Source: Vitrella brassicaformis CCMP3155 (taxonomy: Eukaryota; Protista; Chromerida). From it: DNA of 64,000 bases. The DNA lies in NCBI GenBank assembly GCA_001179505.1, contig CDMY01000311.1, positions 62,387 through 126,386 on the forward strand. Reading direction: 5' to 3'. The position numbers were made by a program, and so were the translations under genes. Position 1 is the stretch's first letter; every line of letters begins with the position of its first letter. Below the pieces are notes generated by a model that saw nothing but the letters and a program-made list of their open reading frames with translations, was not told the origin of the DNA and searched no databases. This document shows positions 25,648-37,700 of this stretch, in pieces.

Positions 25648-25662
25648 AGGGTTTGAAACCCT
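25648..25662. promoter_or_regulatory. Palindrome AGGGTTT-N-AAACCCT (telo-box-like) upstream of GMPR
   Basis: The same palindrome occurs at 59265-59279 upstream of CBL and in each tandem-repeat copy. Confidence 0.45.
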
Positions 25663-26822
25663 AGCCCCCATCACCCCCCAACGCATTCGAGTGCCTTTTC
25701 GGCTTCTCACACGTTTCATTCGACGTCAGCGAGTCTTCTACGCCAACATCGTTGCGATTCCTTCGGTTATCTTCGCCCAAAGGTCAGCGCACACTGAGTC
25801 TCCTCCCCCACGGCACATGCAACACCCCGCCTGTTGCATCGCCTTTTTTCGCATGGCCCCAGCTCCCACGCAGCCTGTAGACAGCAAGCAGCGAGGTCCA
25901 GTAGCTGTGTGTCGCTGGGAGCCGAAAACCGTGTGCAGCAGCAGTCAGAGACTGTGCTTGCCTTGCGGGGGCACAGTGACTCCTGGGCAGTCAGAGATAG
26001 CTTGTTGCAGAATCAGTGGGACGGCATGGGAGGCGGGGAGGGGCGCAATGCTCGTGGGGGAAGAAGAGCAGAGGAGCGAAGCGTCCTTCTGATATCTTGT
26101 CTTTTTGTCTGCTTTGCTGCTGTTGTGCGACGCAGGTCAACGTCAACAGAGAGTGTCTTACTCTATCAAGTCACACGCGTCGGCTCTCTTCGGGCTTCGC
26201 GGACACCTCATTGAAGTCTGTCTTCAAGAGACTCAAGTAGGCGACGTCAGGCCGGACCCAGAGATGGCTCGCGGGTTCATGCTTCTTTGTCCTCTAACCA
26301 TGTGCCCAGAACGGGACTTTCCTCTTTCTCTAGTTGTTGGGTTCAAAAAGGGCTTGCATCTCTCACAAGACTTCTTTTCCGCTTCAACGGGCAACTCCCT
26401 TGCTAGGTGGGGTTCCTGAGCCATCTCCGATCGGAGAGAGACGGCGCACCTCTCCATCTTCCTTGCTCTCTTTGTGCTGTGTGTGTTGCTGTTCATCAGA
26501 CTTCTCCATTTCGGGACTCATTGAGAAATACCCTTGCTGACTCACGTGGCAACCTACCTTTGCTGCTTCAAGTAGACCACACGGCGTCAAGCAGCCATTT
26601 GTTGTTGCTCTCACACCGACTTCATGTCTCTTGCTGTGGCGTTCCAGATTTTCCTCACTCCCTCTTTCTCTCGACACACCCGATCCCTTCGGCGTCCTTT
26701 CTCCTCTGTTTGTGAGCGGTAAGCACTCTCATGCCCTCCTTTTCTCTGGGTGCCTACAGGCTGTGTTTCCGTATCTCCTGCGTCTTTCTCACTGATTGAC
26801 TTATCGATCAGGTCAATTCATC

Positions 26823-27234
26823 ATGGGGATGGCCACTTGTAAACGCAACTGCTGGAACTGGTCGTGTTTCTGCTGCATCTTCTTCGGCTGTGCGGACCGA
26901 GTCAAGTTCGAGGACGAGCATGAACTCACGTACGCCAGCCTATTCCACACACACCACGCACACACGGAGAGAGAGAGAGAGAGAGAGAATTTTTGTTTGC
27001 CTTTCCTGTCTGTGTGCCTGCGGCATTGTGGAGCCCAGCGTGAAGCGTCCGCCGAGCAAGGAGGAGGTGGCGAGTGTGACAATTCAGGCGGGGTTCAGGG
27101 CCATGAAGGCCCGGGAGGAGGCCACGAGACGCCGCTACTCGCGCGACGATGACGACAACGCGGTGGCCAAGGTGGTCAAGGACGAAATTGGCGAAGACGA
27201 AGACAACGCAGCCGCCAAAGCCACCTCGGGCTGA
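26823..27234 (+). CDS. 100-aa protein with N-terminal Gly/Cys-rich acylation motif and one IQ calmodulin-binding motif
   Basis: Exon 26823-26929 and exon 27039-27234 join in phase 2: MGMATCKRNCWNWSCFCCIFFGCADRVKFEDEHELTVKRPPSKEEVASVTIQAGFRAMKAREEATRRR...acidic tail*. IQ motif is IQAGFRAMKAR. Confidence 0.75.
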
Positions 27235-27942
27235 TCGATCAATGCGTGAGGACATCCATGCGTATGTGCAACCGGCGGGCCAGCCATTGGTGGCCGTTGC
27301 CGCATCCATCCATGTATTCCTCTTTGCCCTTCCTTGGCCTTTGTTCCTTTGCACTCACTGCAATGATCGATCTGTTGCAGTGGACATATATACGTTATGT
27401 ATACCTACCTGCGTACAAGTGTATTCTGGGCGTCTCCTCTCTCTCTCTCTCTCTCTCTCCTGCGTTGGCCCTCACTCATCCCTGCCTGCCTGCCTGCCTG
27501 CCTGTCTGCCTGTCTACCTGCCTGCCTCTATCGTGCTTGCCAAGGTAGGCTTTGGGCCGTCGTCTGGTTGGTTGGTTGTCTCTTTTTCACACCAGTATAC
27601 ATACATACATGCATACATAAATAGATAGACGACATGAACGGTCGTGAGTGACATCGTGCAGTGTGCATGCCCACACATGTATGTGATCGATGAATCCCTC
27701 CAATATTCAACGCCTCGACCGCATCTATACGGCTCCGCGCCGTGCTTGGCAGCCAGGCAGCGGCGGCCTATTAGAGTTGGTGATTACACTGTGCGGCGTG
27801 GAGTGTAATTCGCTAATGTATTGGATGGGCACAGACCTCCCAATCTCCTTCTGCAATGAACTCGACCTTATCCCTCACCTTTAGCTCGCAATTTGATCTC
27901 AGATTCGCTTTTCGTCGCCTTCCTTCATGGACAGCAACAACA

Positions 27943-29607
27943 ATGGCTCTTCAGGCCTCGTCGTCGACCAGCAGCTTCTCTTGCTGCTGGGACTATTTCA
28001 AGTTCATGACAACGTAAGTGATGACGGTCCGTCACTGTCCTTGTAGCTCTGATTTCTCACACAAATTGGCTTCTGTGCTCTTCACCTGCAGCCCCGCACA
28101 CCAAAACACCGACCAAGAAGCCCTCACGGAGGTCAGTGACTGATCAACACAGAGCTCGGTCATCGACATTGTTTAACATGATCTGTGCTTGCTGTATTGT
28201 TTGCAGGCCGTCCCTCGCCATCGACCGGTGCTGCCGGAGGTGCCGCGGCGCCATCGCCGTTGCCCTCGGCATCGCCCGCATCTGCCCACCGAGGCGCCCC
28301 GACGGGCTCGACGGCAGCGGCCACAGACACATCCCCAGCCACAGCCACAGCAAGCACCACAGCCAGCGCACCCCCAGCCGGCGATCACCGCCACCGCCCC
28401 TCCCCCTATCATCGCCCCTGTCCCAGCCCCCGTCCCCCCTCCCCAAAGGGCTATCGTGCCTGCCCCACCCCACCCCGACCGCATCACCCCACACCAGCGC
28501 GCCATCCGCAACCGCATCGTGCAGTTGATCGAGACGGGCAACGATGCAGCAGCGGGCAGCGAGGCAGTGCGCCTCATCCGCAACAACCGGGACGTCCCCC
28601 TGGCCGGAAAGGATCTGTTCCGTCGGCTGGCTGCCTATGCGCGCCTCCTGCCGTCTGAGCAGAAGTTCCGCATCGCCACGGCCATCCTCGACCATCAGCC
28701 CGCGCTCGCCAACGAGATCGACGAGCACCCACACCAAAGCGGCCAGGTGGCGATCCACCACTTCAGCCAGTACCCGTTGCTATTCGACGGGCATCAAGAG
28801 GCGCTTCTGCGCTTGCTGGTGGCCAAGGGAGGGGCGGGCATCGTCAGCCTGCGGGACGACAACGACCGCCTGCCGCTGCACATCGCTGCCGCTTCCTACC
28901 ACGACGACTGCACCACAACGAGGTGGCTGTGCGAGAACGGGGCGGCGGTCGACATCAACACCCCCAACGGCGACAACCTCACCCCTCTCCGGCTCGACGC
29001 CGACAAGAACGACCCGGCCTGGGGGAGCCCGCTCTACCGCCGGCTGACGCTGCTGGAGTTCGGGGCATCGGTGGCCGGGGCGGGCGTGCGGCCACTGCCA
29101 GTGCCGCATCGGGTGTTGTGGGAGGAGAAGATCCTCGACGCCTACCGCCACCATCTCGAGTGGAGCCTCATCAAGCGCATCCTCGCCATTGCCACCACTG
29201 CCCTCGGCGCCCAGCAGATCCCCCTCCCTGCCGGTGTGCTGCAGCGGGTGCTGGAGATGGCGGTCCCACAACTCCCCACCATCGCCGACCCGCCCCTCTC
29301 CACCCGCATCAACACGGCCCTCCTGGCGTTCCTTGACGCCGCCACGAGGGAGGACAGCCAGCGCGAGCTGAGGAGCGGAGTGGGGGGTTTCCGCTGCTTC
29401 CGCGCGCTGACGGGGCTGCGATCTCGCCCAGTCAGCCTGTGTACCGTCGTGAATCGCGCCATTCGCGACGAGGCGCGGCGGTATGGGCTGACCCTCGGGC
29501 GCATCAGGGGGCAGAGCAGCGATGCGGCCAACAACGGGGCTGGGTGGGACTGGAGGAGGCTGGGGGTGGTCAAGGAAGGGGTGTTTAAGCCGCTTTATCT
29601 GAGTTGA
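27943..29607 (+). CDS. Ankyrin-repeat protein with Pro/Gln-rich N-terminus
   Basis: Two small exons (MALQASSSTSSFSCCWDYFKFMT|TPAHQNTDQEALTE) splice into the 28189 ORF frame. Ankyrin motifs: RDDNDRLPLHIAAA...TTRWLCENGAAVDINTPNGDNLTPL and LTLLEFGA. Confidence 0.8.
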
Positions 29608-30270
29608 TGGCTGGGCTGGTCGGTGTGGGCGAGGGCGGGAGAGAGGGGAAAGGGAGTTAGAAGTTTTCTCGAAGTCAGTCAGGGATGTTGGGTGTGGTTT
29701 GGGCAGGTTTGGGCGAAGAGGCGGTCGGTTGGTTGGTTGGTTGGCTTGCTGACGCATTTCATGTGTGTATGGTGACGGTCGGGCGGTTGATTCGCTTGTG
29801 TACTTGTGAGTTTGTTCCGTGGACATTAATGTGCATCTGTGGCCTGGTGTGTGTCTCGCTTCCAAATGTGTTCGTCACCTACGCCAGGCTTACAACAAAA
29901 CCTCTTCAGTAGTATGTAGCAATGTACCACGAATGTCTGGCCAACCCGACGTCAGTCAGAAGCTTCATGTAACGTACCAATCGACAGCCACCGCAACCAC
30001 AACCACCACCACACAAACGCGGAGATCAGCGGACAGATCATGATGCTGCTCAATGAGATGTACCAACAAACGCACCACCACCCACCCCTCTATAGACAAC
30101 AGAGAAGGACGATAGCAGCGGGCGGCATGTGTATGTGTGTGAGAGCAAGAGAAAGGACACGCACCATCCCACTGCACGTCTTTCTTCTCTGGCGGACTAC
30201 ACAAGTAGAGTCACAGTCAGTCTGTATACACCGGGCGACCCATCCCCCGCCTGTCTGTCTCTCTGTCTGG

Positions 30271-30779
30271 CTACTGGTACTTGTACTCGGCTTTGTTGTG
30301 CATTATCAGCCGGTCCTCCACGAAATAGAAACTGCATACCCACACACATGGATGCACCAAGTACACGTGTGTGAGTGTGCCGACCGTCATTTCTCGCCGT
30401 CTCTCATGTGCTCCATCTGCTGTGCTGTGCAGCCACCTCCCCTCCCTCCCTCCCTCCCTCCCTCCCTCCCTCGGCACGCACCTGTCGCTTTTGGTCTCGT
30501 ATGGGTGTGCGATGATGTCGTTCCTGAGGGCCTCCGACAGCTCCGGCAGCTCATACATGGCCTGTGGTGGGCGGCACACATAATGGTGCATGACCGTCCC
30601 TTGCTGTGCTGTGCTGACTGACCTACCTCCCACTCGTTGACGGTGTGCGGGATGCAGAAAGGCAGCGTGAAGTCGAACGACTTGAGCAGAGTGTTGCGAA
30701 AATAGTGACGCTCCATCAACTGGAAATTAGTGATCGCCTCGCTCCCCACAGTGAAATGCAGACTGATGATTCAATGAAT

Positions 30780-30817
<38 letters not shown>

Positions 30818-31588
30818 AGAGAGAGAGAGAGAGGGGAAAGAAGCAGAAGCTCGTGTGCGTGTGCGCGTGGGTGGGTGCGGCCGTGTCTGTCTGTCTGCTG
30901 CTGTTTACTGCCGTACTTACGTGGTGCCGATGTTCCGTTTGCCGAGGAAGTCTGCAGGGAACTTGTATCGGATGCTGCGGACGGGCTCAGTCGAAGCGTC
31001 GGCCTCCGTGGACGTGCTGCCCGACTCCTCAGCAGGCGGCTGCATGTCACAGGCAGACATGAGTGCGATGGCCAGTCGCTCGTCCCATTGCAGACGTGTG
31101 CGTGCGTACCTTTGCGATGGAGAATATCTCTTGGTTCGTGTCGCAGTCCCGAACCTTGAAGGCGACGAACTCTATGTTGTACACATTGGCAGTGACCGGA
31201 CAGAGGAAGTCTGCACGAACCGGACACATAGCAGCAGCCACAAACACGATTGCACTGCACAAGACATTGCATTGAATGCATTGCCTTTTGTGTATTTCCG
31301 ACCTTGTGTCGGGCCATTGAGTGCACACACGTACGCTGGCGTGATCTGCACGACAGCGAACCGACAACAGACAAAGAGCGAGGATGACCGCCCGCCTTTG
31401 GCGCTTGTGGCCATCCATCGTGATGCTTGCCTGCCTATACATACCTGCGTGTGGTCCGGGTGTATCTGTGACGGCTCCCTTGCCCCGACACTGACGCCAC
31501 CGACGCTCACATGGCCAATCGACGACTCAGAGGGCACCGCATCGCTCTCGTCCTCAGCTGCTGCTGGCGTGTGCGTCGTGCCAGACAT
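30271..31588 (-). CDS. UNC119: UNC119 (PDE-delta-like myristoyl-binding chaperone)
   Basis: ITPAYV...DFLCPVTANVYNIEFVAFKVRD, RSIRYKFPADFL, FQLMERHYFRNTLLKSFDFTLPFCIPHTVNEWE, YELPELSE...[30 protein letters not shown] are hallmark UNC119 motifs. Confidence 0.95.
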
Positions 31589-31623
31589 CCTCTCCGCTTT
31601 TTCCCTCCCCTCCCGCACCTCAG

Positions 31624-31642
31624 TTGCGAGCTCAGCTCGCAA
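31624..31642. promoter_or_regulatory. 19-bp palindrome TTGCGAGCT-C-AGCTCGCAA in the UNC119/PAO bidirectional spacer
   Basis: Read directly: ttgcgagctcagctcgcaa lies between the divergent ATGs at 31588 and 31659. It consists of two inverted copies of the AGCTCGC motif found in other 5' regions. Confidence 0.65.
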
Positions 31643-31658
31643 ACTCTTTTGGGAGTTG

Positions 31659-33899
31659 ATGGTGGCGGCTGCAGGGCTGCTGTTGCTGTTGTGCGCCTGC
31701 ACAATTGCATGCGCTACTGGATCCACGCATTCATCCAGCTTCCTATCGCAGCCATCTCCCGCTGTGCGTCGGTCTGTCCGCGAGCGCATCTTCCGTACCG
31801 TGAGGCTCCAGCAGCCGCAGCAACTCGACTATGTGGCCGAGGGCAAACAGCACCTTCAACAGCAACAGCAGCCTCAGTTCGGTGTGAGTGTGGAGCACCG
31901 CCATGCAGCGCAGCCGCATCAGCAGCACTACCAGACGGACTGGCTGCAGCAGTGGTACCCCATCGCCGTCGAGAAATTCACTGACAGAAGGGTCAGATAC
32001 ACACCCCACACACGCGATGAGAACGGGCAAGTGGTTTATGCAGTCAGTGGCTGGGTGTCTCTGTCTGTCTGTCTGTCTGTGTGTCTGTCTGTCTGTCTGT
32101 GTGTGCAGGTTCCTCACGCCATGAATATCATCGGCCGTCCGTTTGCGTTTTGGTGGGACGACCAGCAGGAGGCGTGGCACGCCATGAAGGACGTCTGCCC
32201 ACACAGACTGGCGCCGCTGTCTGAAGGAAGAGTCACCGACGAGGGACACATCGAGTGTCCATACCACGGATGGCAATTCGATGGCGAGAGCGGTGCCTGC
32301 ACTGTCGTGCCGCAGAAGGAGGGCCCGCCAGACTCACGCTGCAACGGGAAGGCCTTTCCTTGCGTCGCTAAACAGGTCAGTCAGGGAACCAGGCAGCAGA
32401 CAGAGGCAGGGCGATGCAGTTAGGCATCCACACTGACGGATGGATTACCAGTGTTTCCTGTCCTGTGTGACCACCAGGGCCTGATATGGGTGTGGCCGAC
32501 AGCCAAGGGTGAGGGCACGGTGCAGCCGGCCGAGTCGCTGATCCCGACCCTGAAGATCTACGAGGACCCTGATGTTGTCTCGCTCGACATGTCACGCGAC
32601 CTGCCCTACGACTACAGCACGCTGCTCGAGAACGTCCTCGACTCTGCACACATCCCCTTCACACACCACAAGACGATCGGCAAGAGGGAGAGGGCCGTGC
32701 CGATCCCACTGAAGCTCGACGGCCATCTCGACCCTGTCCACGGCTTCTCGGGCAGCTGGACGTCCGCACCACCTCTCATGACAGGCGGGGGCAAGACCAA
32801 GGAGGGGGTGTACCGTCGGTCGACGCGGTTCGTGCCGCCAGTGCTCATGTACCACCGGCTGGAGGACTCGGCAGAGAATGCCACCATGTGGACGGTGGTG
32901 TACGCCGTGCCCACTTCGCCCGGCAGGAGCAGAATAATCGCGAGATTCCCGTTCCGCTTTGGAGAGGGGTCGAAACCGATGGCAAAGTTTGTGACGTGAG
33001 CAGAGCAAGCCAGGCACACACATGACATGCTGCGCCGCGCCCCTGACAGCAGTGCAGTGTCCTGATCTGGTGTGTATGTATGCAGCTTCATGCTGCGGTT
33101 CGTCCCGGATTGGCTGCAGCACATCAACCAGAACCTGGTCATGGACGACGACGCCATCTTTCTCTACCTGCAGGAGCACCGCATCTCGTCTGAGGGCGAT
33201 GGAACCACCCTCCCGCAACTCTATCATATGCCGTCTGCCTCTGACACGTACGTGGCCCACTTCAGAAAGTGGCTCAAGAAATACGGCGGAGGGGGCCCGC
33301 CATGGCTTGAGACGTTCGGGCGGCGCTGACAGCCTCTCATGGACGGCGTGAGTGCGATCAGCAGGGCGGGGTGCATCGACCGGTACCACCAGCACACCAT
33401 CCACTGCTCCTCCTGCAGCGAGGCACTCACAAACATCAAGTGGGTCAAAGAGAATGCCATGGCTGTGTGAGGGAGGGGCTGGCTCACTGTTATCTGTGTG
33501 GTCTGAGTGCACTGCAGGCGTGTTCAGAAGTGGGCCATCGGCGGTCTGATAGCGGCGGCCGCGTATCGTCAAATCGCTCTCATGGCTCTGGCCTTTGTGG
33601 TTATCCAAGTGGCCCAGCAGCTGGAGCAAGGATTGACGAAAGGTACCAACCAACACGCGCGCAGACGCACAGACACACGTACGTACGACACAGACGCAGC
33701 CGCCTGTGTCTGTCGTACGTGTGTGTCTCCATTGCCCTTATCAGGTCCTTACCCCCCTCCGCGCAACATGCCTCTGCCTGACCGGCATTTGATGAAGAAG
33801 CGAGTGGACGGCGTGCAGGCGGTGCTGCGTCAGGCGCTGCTGGCCGTCATGATGCGCCTCGAGGGGCTGCTGATACGCACCTCCAGATGGGGCAAGTGA
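31659..33899 (+). CDS. PAO: Pheophorbide a oxygenase / Tic55 / PTC52-family Rieske mononuclear-iron oxygenase, plastid-targeted; contains an in-frame TGA at 33327-33329
   Basis: Signal peptide MVAAAGLLLLLCACTIACA, Rieske site DVCPHRLAPLSEG...IECPYHGWQF, iron site ENVLDSAHIPFTHH, PAO domain with conserved Asp (MDDDAIFL) and FRKWL, then DRYHQHTIHCSSC (CxxC) and C-terminal TM helices. Exact subfamily not resolved. Confidence 0.88.
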
Positions 33900-34762
33900 G
33901 CCGGAGCGGCAGGCAGGCAGGCAGGCAGCGCCACACACATATATCATAGATAGGTATGTGGAGGCAGAGATAGTTGCACAATCCGTCCGTAATTGTAGAG
34001 TATAGACAGACACTGGTCATAACGCTGTGCTGTATGAATTTGTGTATGTATGTATGTACGCATGCATGTTGTAACTATTCATCATTCCGTAATGAGCGGA
34101 GAGATCCGATCCATGCCATGCATCGCATCGTAAGCGGACGAGACGAGTGTGCAGGGGTGGCAGGCAGGTCAGGTCGGTTCAGTGTATTTTTCCTGATTGC
34201 TGTGCTGTGCGCGTATGCATGTGTGATGTCATGTATTTTTCGCCACACACAACGTGTGGCAGGGCTGGCTGCTCGGCTGTCTGTCTGTGTAGTTGTTGGT
34301 TGTGAATAAAGAGAGGATGGGAGAGAGGTGAGGCAGGCCGCCATCTCTGTCGGTTGATGGGATGGGATGGGATGGGTGTGAGTGAGTATACATGTATGTG
34401 TTCATGTGGTGCGCCCTAGTGGGTGCGAGGGTCGAATGTCATCGATGCATCACACACACACGGACGGACGGACATCGCGTGGAAGGCTCTGTCTGCTCAC
34501 TCATTCAAGACTTACTCGCGCAAGCAAGTAGATATTGACACACACGACGCACAGCGTCTGTGGCTACGGCCTCTCTGCAAAATGTCCCTCTGCCTCGCAT
34601 CGCATCGCACAACCAAACACACTCACTCACGGGCACACATATGCATCTACACAGCTAATTATCGTGCCACCCACCGGTTTGTCAGCCCAGTCATGCACCC
34701 ATCCCATCCCATCGACGTGCATCGTCCGTCCTCTCCCACCACTAACTAGTTGACTCGATCGA

Positions 34763-37700
34763 CTAATTGACAGCCACCCCCGCCCCCTTGCCCTCAACTA
34801 TCGTCAGGGCCTTGCGCGTCCCCCGCACACTAGCAGGCCCGCCACTGCCACCGCTTTCCTCCTCCCCTGCATCGGACGGACCGATCAGGCGCACAGTGGG
34901 GATCTTGGAATTATCATCGGCTGCCGCCCCTCCCCCTGCTGCTGTGGACGCTGACTCGGGCGCTGCTGGCCGGACGGGGGAGACGATGGTGATGGCGCGT
35001 GTGGGGCGGGCCGCACGCACCCCCTCGTAGGCGTCAGGGTTGGTCACCTGCACACGCAATGAAGACCGACCGACCGGCATCTATCTGGTTTTGTGGTCGG
35101 TGTGTAGCCAGATTACTTACCCGTGTGTCTGTGTCGGCGATGGAGATTTGGTGGTCGAGGTGCGGCATGCCTGTTTCCTTGATGGACTGGAGGTGGAAGG
35201 GCAGGTCTAGCGGCACGGGGAACTGGCCCTCCAAATCCTCACCTGCCCGCACACACGTGTGTCCTCTTGCCGGTATCTCTGTAGCGCCGGCCGCGTCCGT
35301 CCGTACCTTCGTAGGAGACGAGTGGTGATATCTCGCATCGCAGCACTGGGTCGTCCGTCGCTATCACTGCACACACATCCATTCATCCTCATTCATCCGC
35401 TGGTCTGTCTGTCTGTCTGTCTGTCTGTGTCCAGTCAATAGACGTACCCCCTTTGCGGAAGGACCCGCCCGCCTTGACTATCCACCGCTGATGCAGCTGC
35501 GGTGGTCAATCAACACATGTATCCACCATGACCGGATTGCAATCCACAGCGTCTCACCCACCTGTCCCATCAGAATCACGGCCGTGGTGGGCGAATCGGC
35601 ACCTGCGATTCGCCAGACACCAAGACACTCACACATGCATCGCATCGCATCCACAAACACATGCCAGCCAGGCTCACTCACCTGTTGCGTTTTTGACGGG
35701 TGCGAATTCGTCCTGCCTTGACACCTCCAGGCCCACGACGTGGTGGGCGAACTCGAAGCAGTCGAAGATGAACAGCTCCAGCTTGATGCCGTTGGGCTCT
35801 GAGGGCTCCACCCGCTGACCCGTGGCCAGATCGATGTGCGGGATCTTCTTCTTGGCGACGTGATACCTGACCACACACACACATACACGTACACATACAC
35901 ATACGCGACACGTGTATGTGTGATTGTGTCGCATATGTGTGATTGAGGGAGGTATGTCTGTTTGACATGCATGTCATGAAGTCTTCTTTGACGAGTCGGT
36001 CGACGAACGACACCCTGAAGTAGTGGTTGGCGATGTTGCCTGAACCAACGAACGAACGAACGAAGAGTGAGTGAGCGAACCGGACATACCGCACCGCCAG
36101 GCGACCAGGCACACCATGGCTGCCATGGATGCACTCGTTTCTGCCCTACCTGCCCCATACAGCAGTGATCCCGTCGGCAGCCGGGACCTCTGCCACACAG
36201 ACAGACAGACAGACAGACAGAGAGACAGAGAGATGGTGCTGACTTGACCTGACGCCGATATATATGGCGAGTGCTGTGCTGTGCTGTGCTGTGCTGGGGC
36301 GGTGGGGTGGGGGAGTGGCTCACTGACTCACTCACTGACTGACTGACCTTCAGTTCCACCGGCAGCTCAGAGTACTCGACCACACACGCCTTCTCCACTT
36401 CACCGCCCTCATCCTGAAGAATTTGCATTGGTGATGCCAAGGAAAGGAAATGACACGCCACGTCACGCCACGTCACGTCACGTACACACAGCCACACAGA
36501 TGGCAATGACGAGGTGTGGATGGATGGATGGATGGATGGACACACATGCGATCGATACGTACGTGTTTGCGTCTTGAGCAGAAGACGCCCACTTTCTCCT
36601 CAGGGCTCGTCTGAAAGATACACACATACACACACACACACACATACATTCGGGTGTTTGGTGTTTGGTTTGAATGCATCGGGCAGGTGTCCTATCCGAC
36701 CTTTTCGACGCATTTGGTGCCGACGTCTGCGTCGGTGGCCTCGCAGTAGCCGACGAAGAGCGGGTCAGCCACCTTGCACAGCACATTGTCGACGCTGAAC
36801 ACGTGCATACTGACACACACACACACACACACATGGCACAAACCACACAGGACAAGAGAAGAATGGTTGGACGTGGGTGTAGTAAACGTGTGTGCGTGTG
36901 TGTCTGTGTGTGTGTGTGTGTGTGTGTGTCTGTGTGTGTGTGTGTGTTGAGCTGACCCCACTACGCCGCGGCGCTGCATGTCGTCCAGCATCCCTGCACA
37001 CTCATGAAGGCACAGACAGACCGAACGGACGATGCCTTCATGTCTATTCCGTCCTTCTGGTTCTCTCACCGGTCGTTTCCAGCGCCTCGAAGATGCCTCC
37101 GTTGCCATTTGGGTTCTTGGCCAGCTGCAGTCACCAACCGCCCCACCCAGCACATACACACGAAGGGGAACACACACACACACACACACATACACACACA
37201 CTCGCACCTTATGTTTGTCCTCGAGCAGGAATCTTCCGTCGAAGTCGAAGCACGGGATGAGGCGCTGCGGGAAGAAATGCACATCATCTGACGGCAGACC
37301 TGCACACACCAACCACGGCAGATGGTTTAACACGGGAAAAGCTAAGCTAGCTTCGTTGTGAGTGCACTGACTGACTGACTGACTTACCGAAGAAGCTGTG
37401 TTGTTTGAAGAAGTCGACGGTGTCCTCGTGGTTGATGGGGGAGGTCATGATGTACAGGGGCAGCGACACACGCTCGCCAGTGGGGAACTCACGACCAGCT
37501 GACACACACATATACACGCACAGAGACAAGACGCAAACAAAAACGAGCTAGCTACAAACACACACATATATCACACATATGTGTGTGCGCCCGTCCCTAC
37601 CAACCAAGGTGTTTGAGTCGTCTGGTGCGTTCGCAGAAGAGCTGAAATAGCGACTTGGACGACAGAGGGGACGCGCAGAAGCAACCTACGTAGGTAGGTA

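Noticed and set aside
25648-25662. Interstitial telomere
   Set aside because: Only a single inverted pair of heptamers is present, not a tandem array.
25700-26820. ORFs upstream of the IQ gene
   Set aside because: No recognisable protein features; splice-like signals suggest a spliced 5' UTR.
28144-29865. Long antisense and alternative-frame ORFs over the ankyrin gene, and likewise over LHC (41683-42621) and the kinase (61408-62154)
   Set aside because: They are shadow ORFs expected in GC-rich coding DNA.
30645-31658. N-terminal half of the 592-aa plus-strand ORF 30645-32423
   Set aside because: It is antisense to UNC119 exons and introns. The real PAO start is the signal-peptide ATG at 31659.
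33327-33329. Selenocysteine interpretation of the PAO TGA
   Set aside because: The position is in a variable linker, not at a conserved Cys, and I could not identify a SECIS by eye. Kept only as generic readthrough or error.
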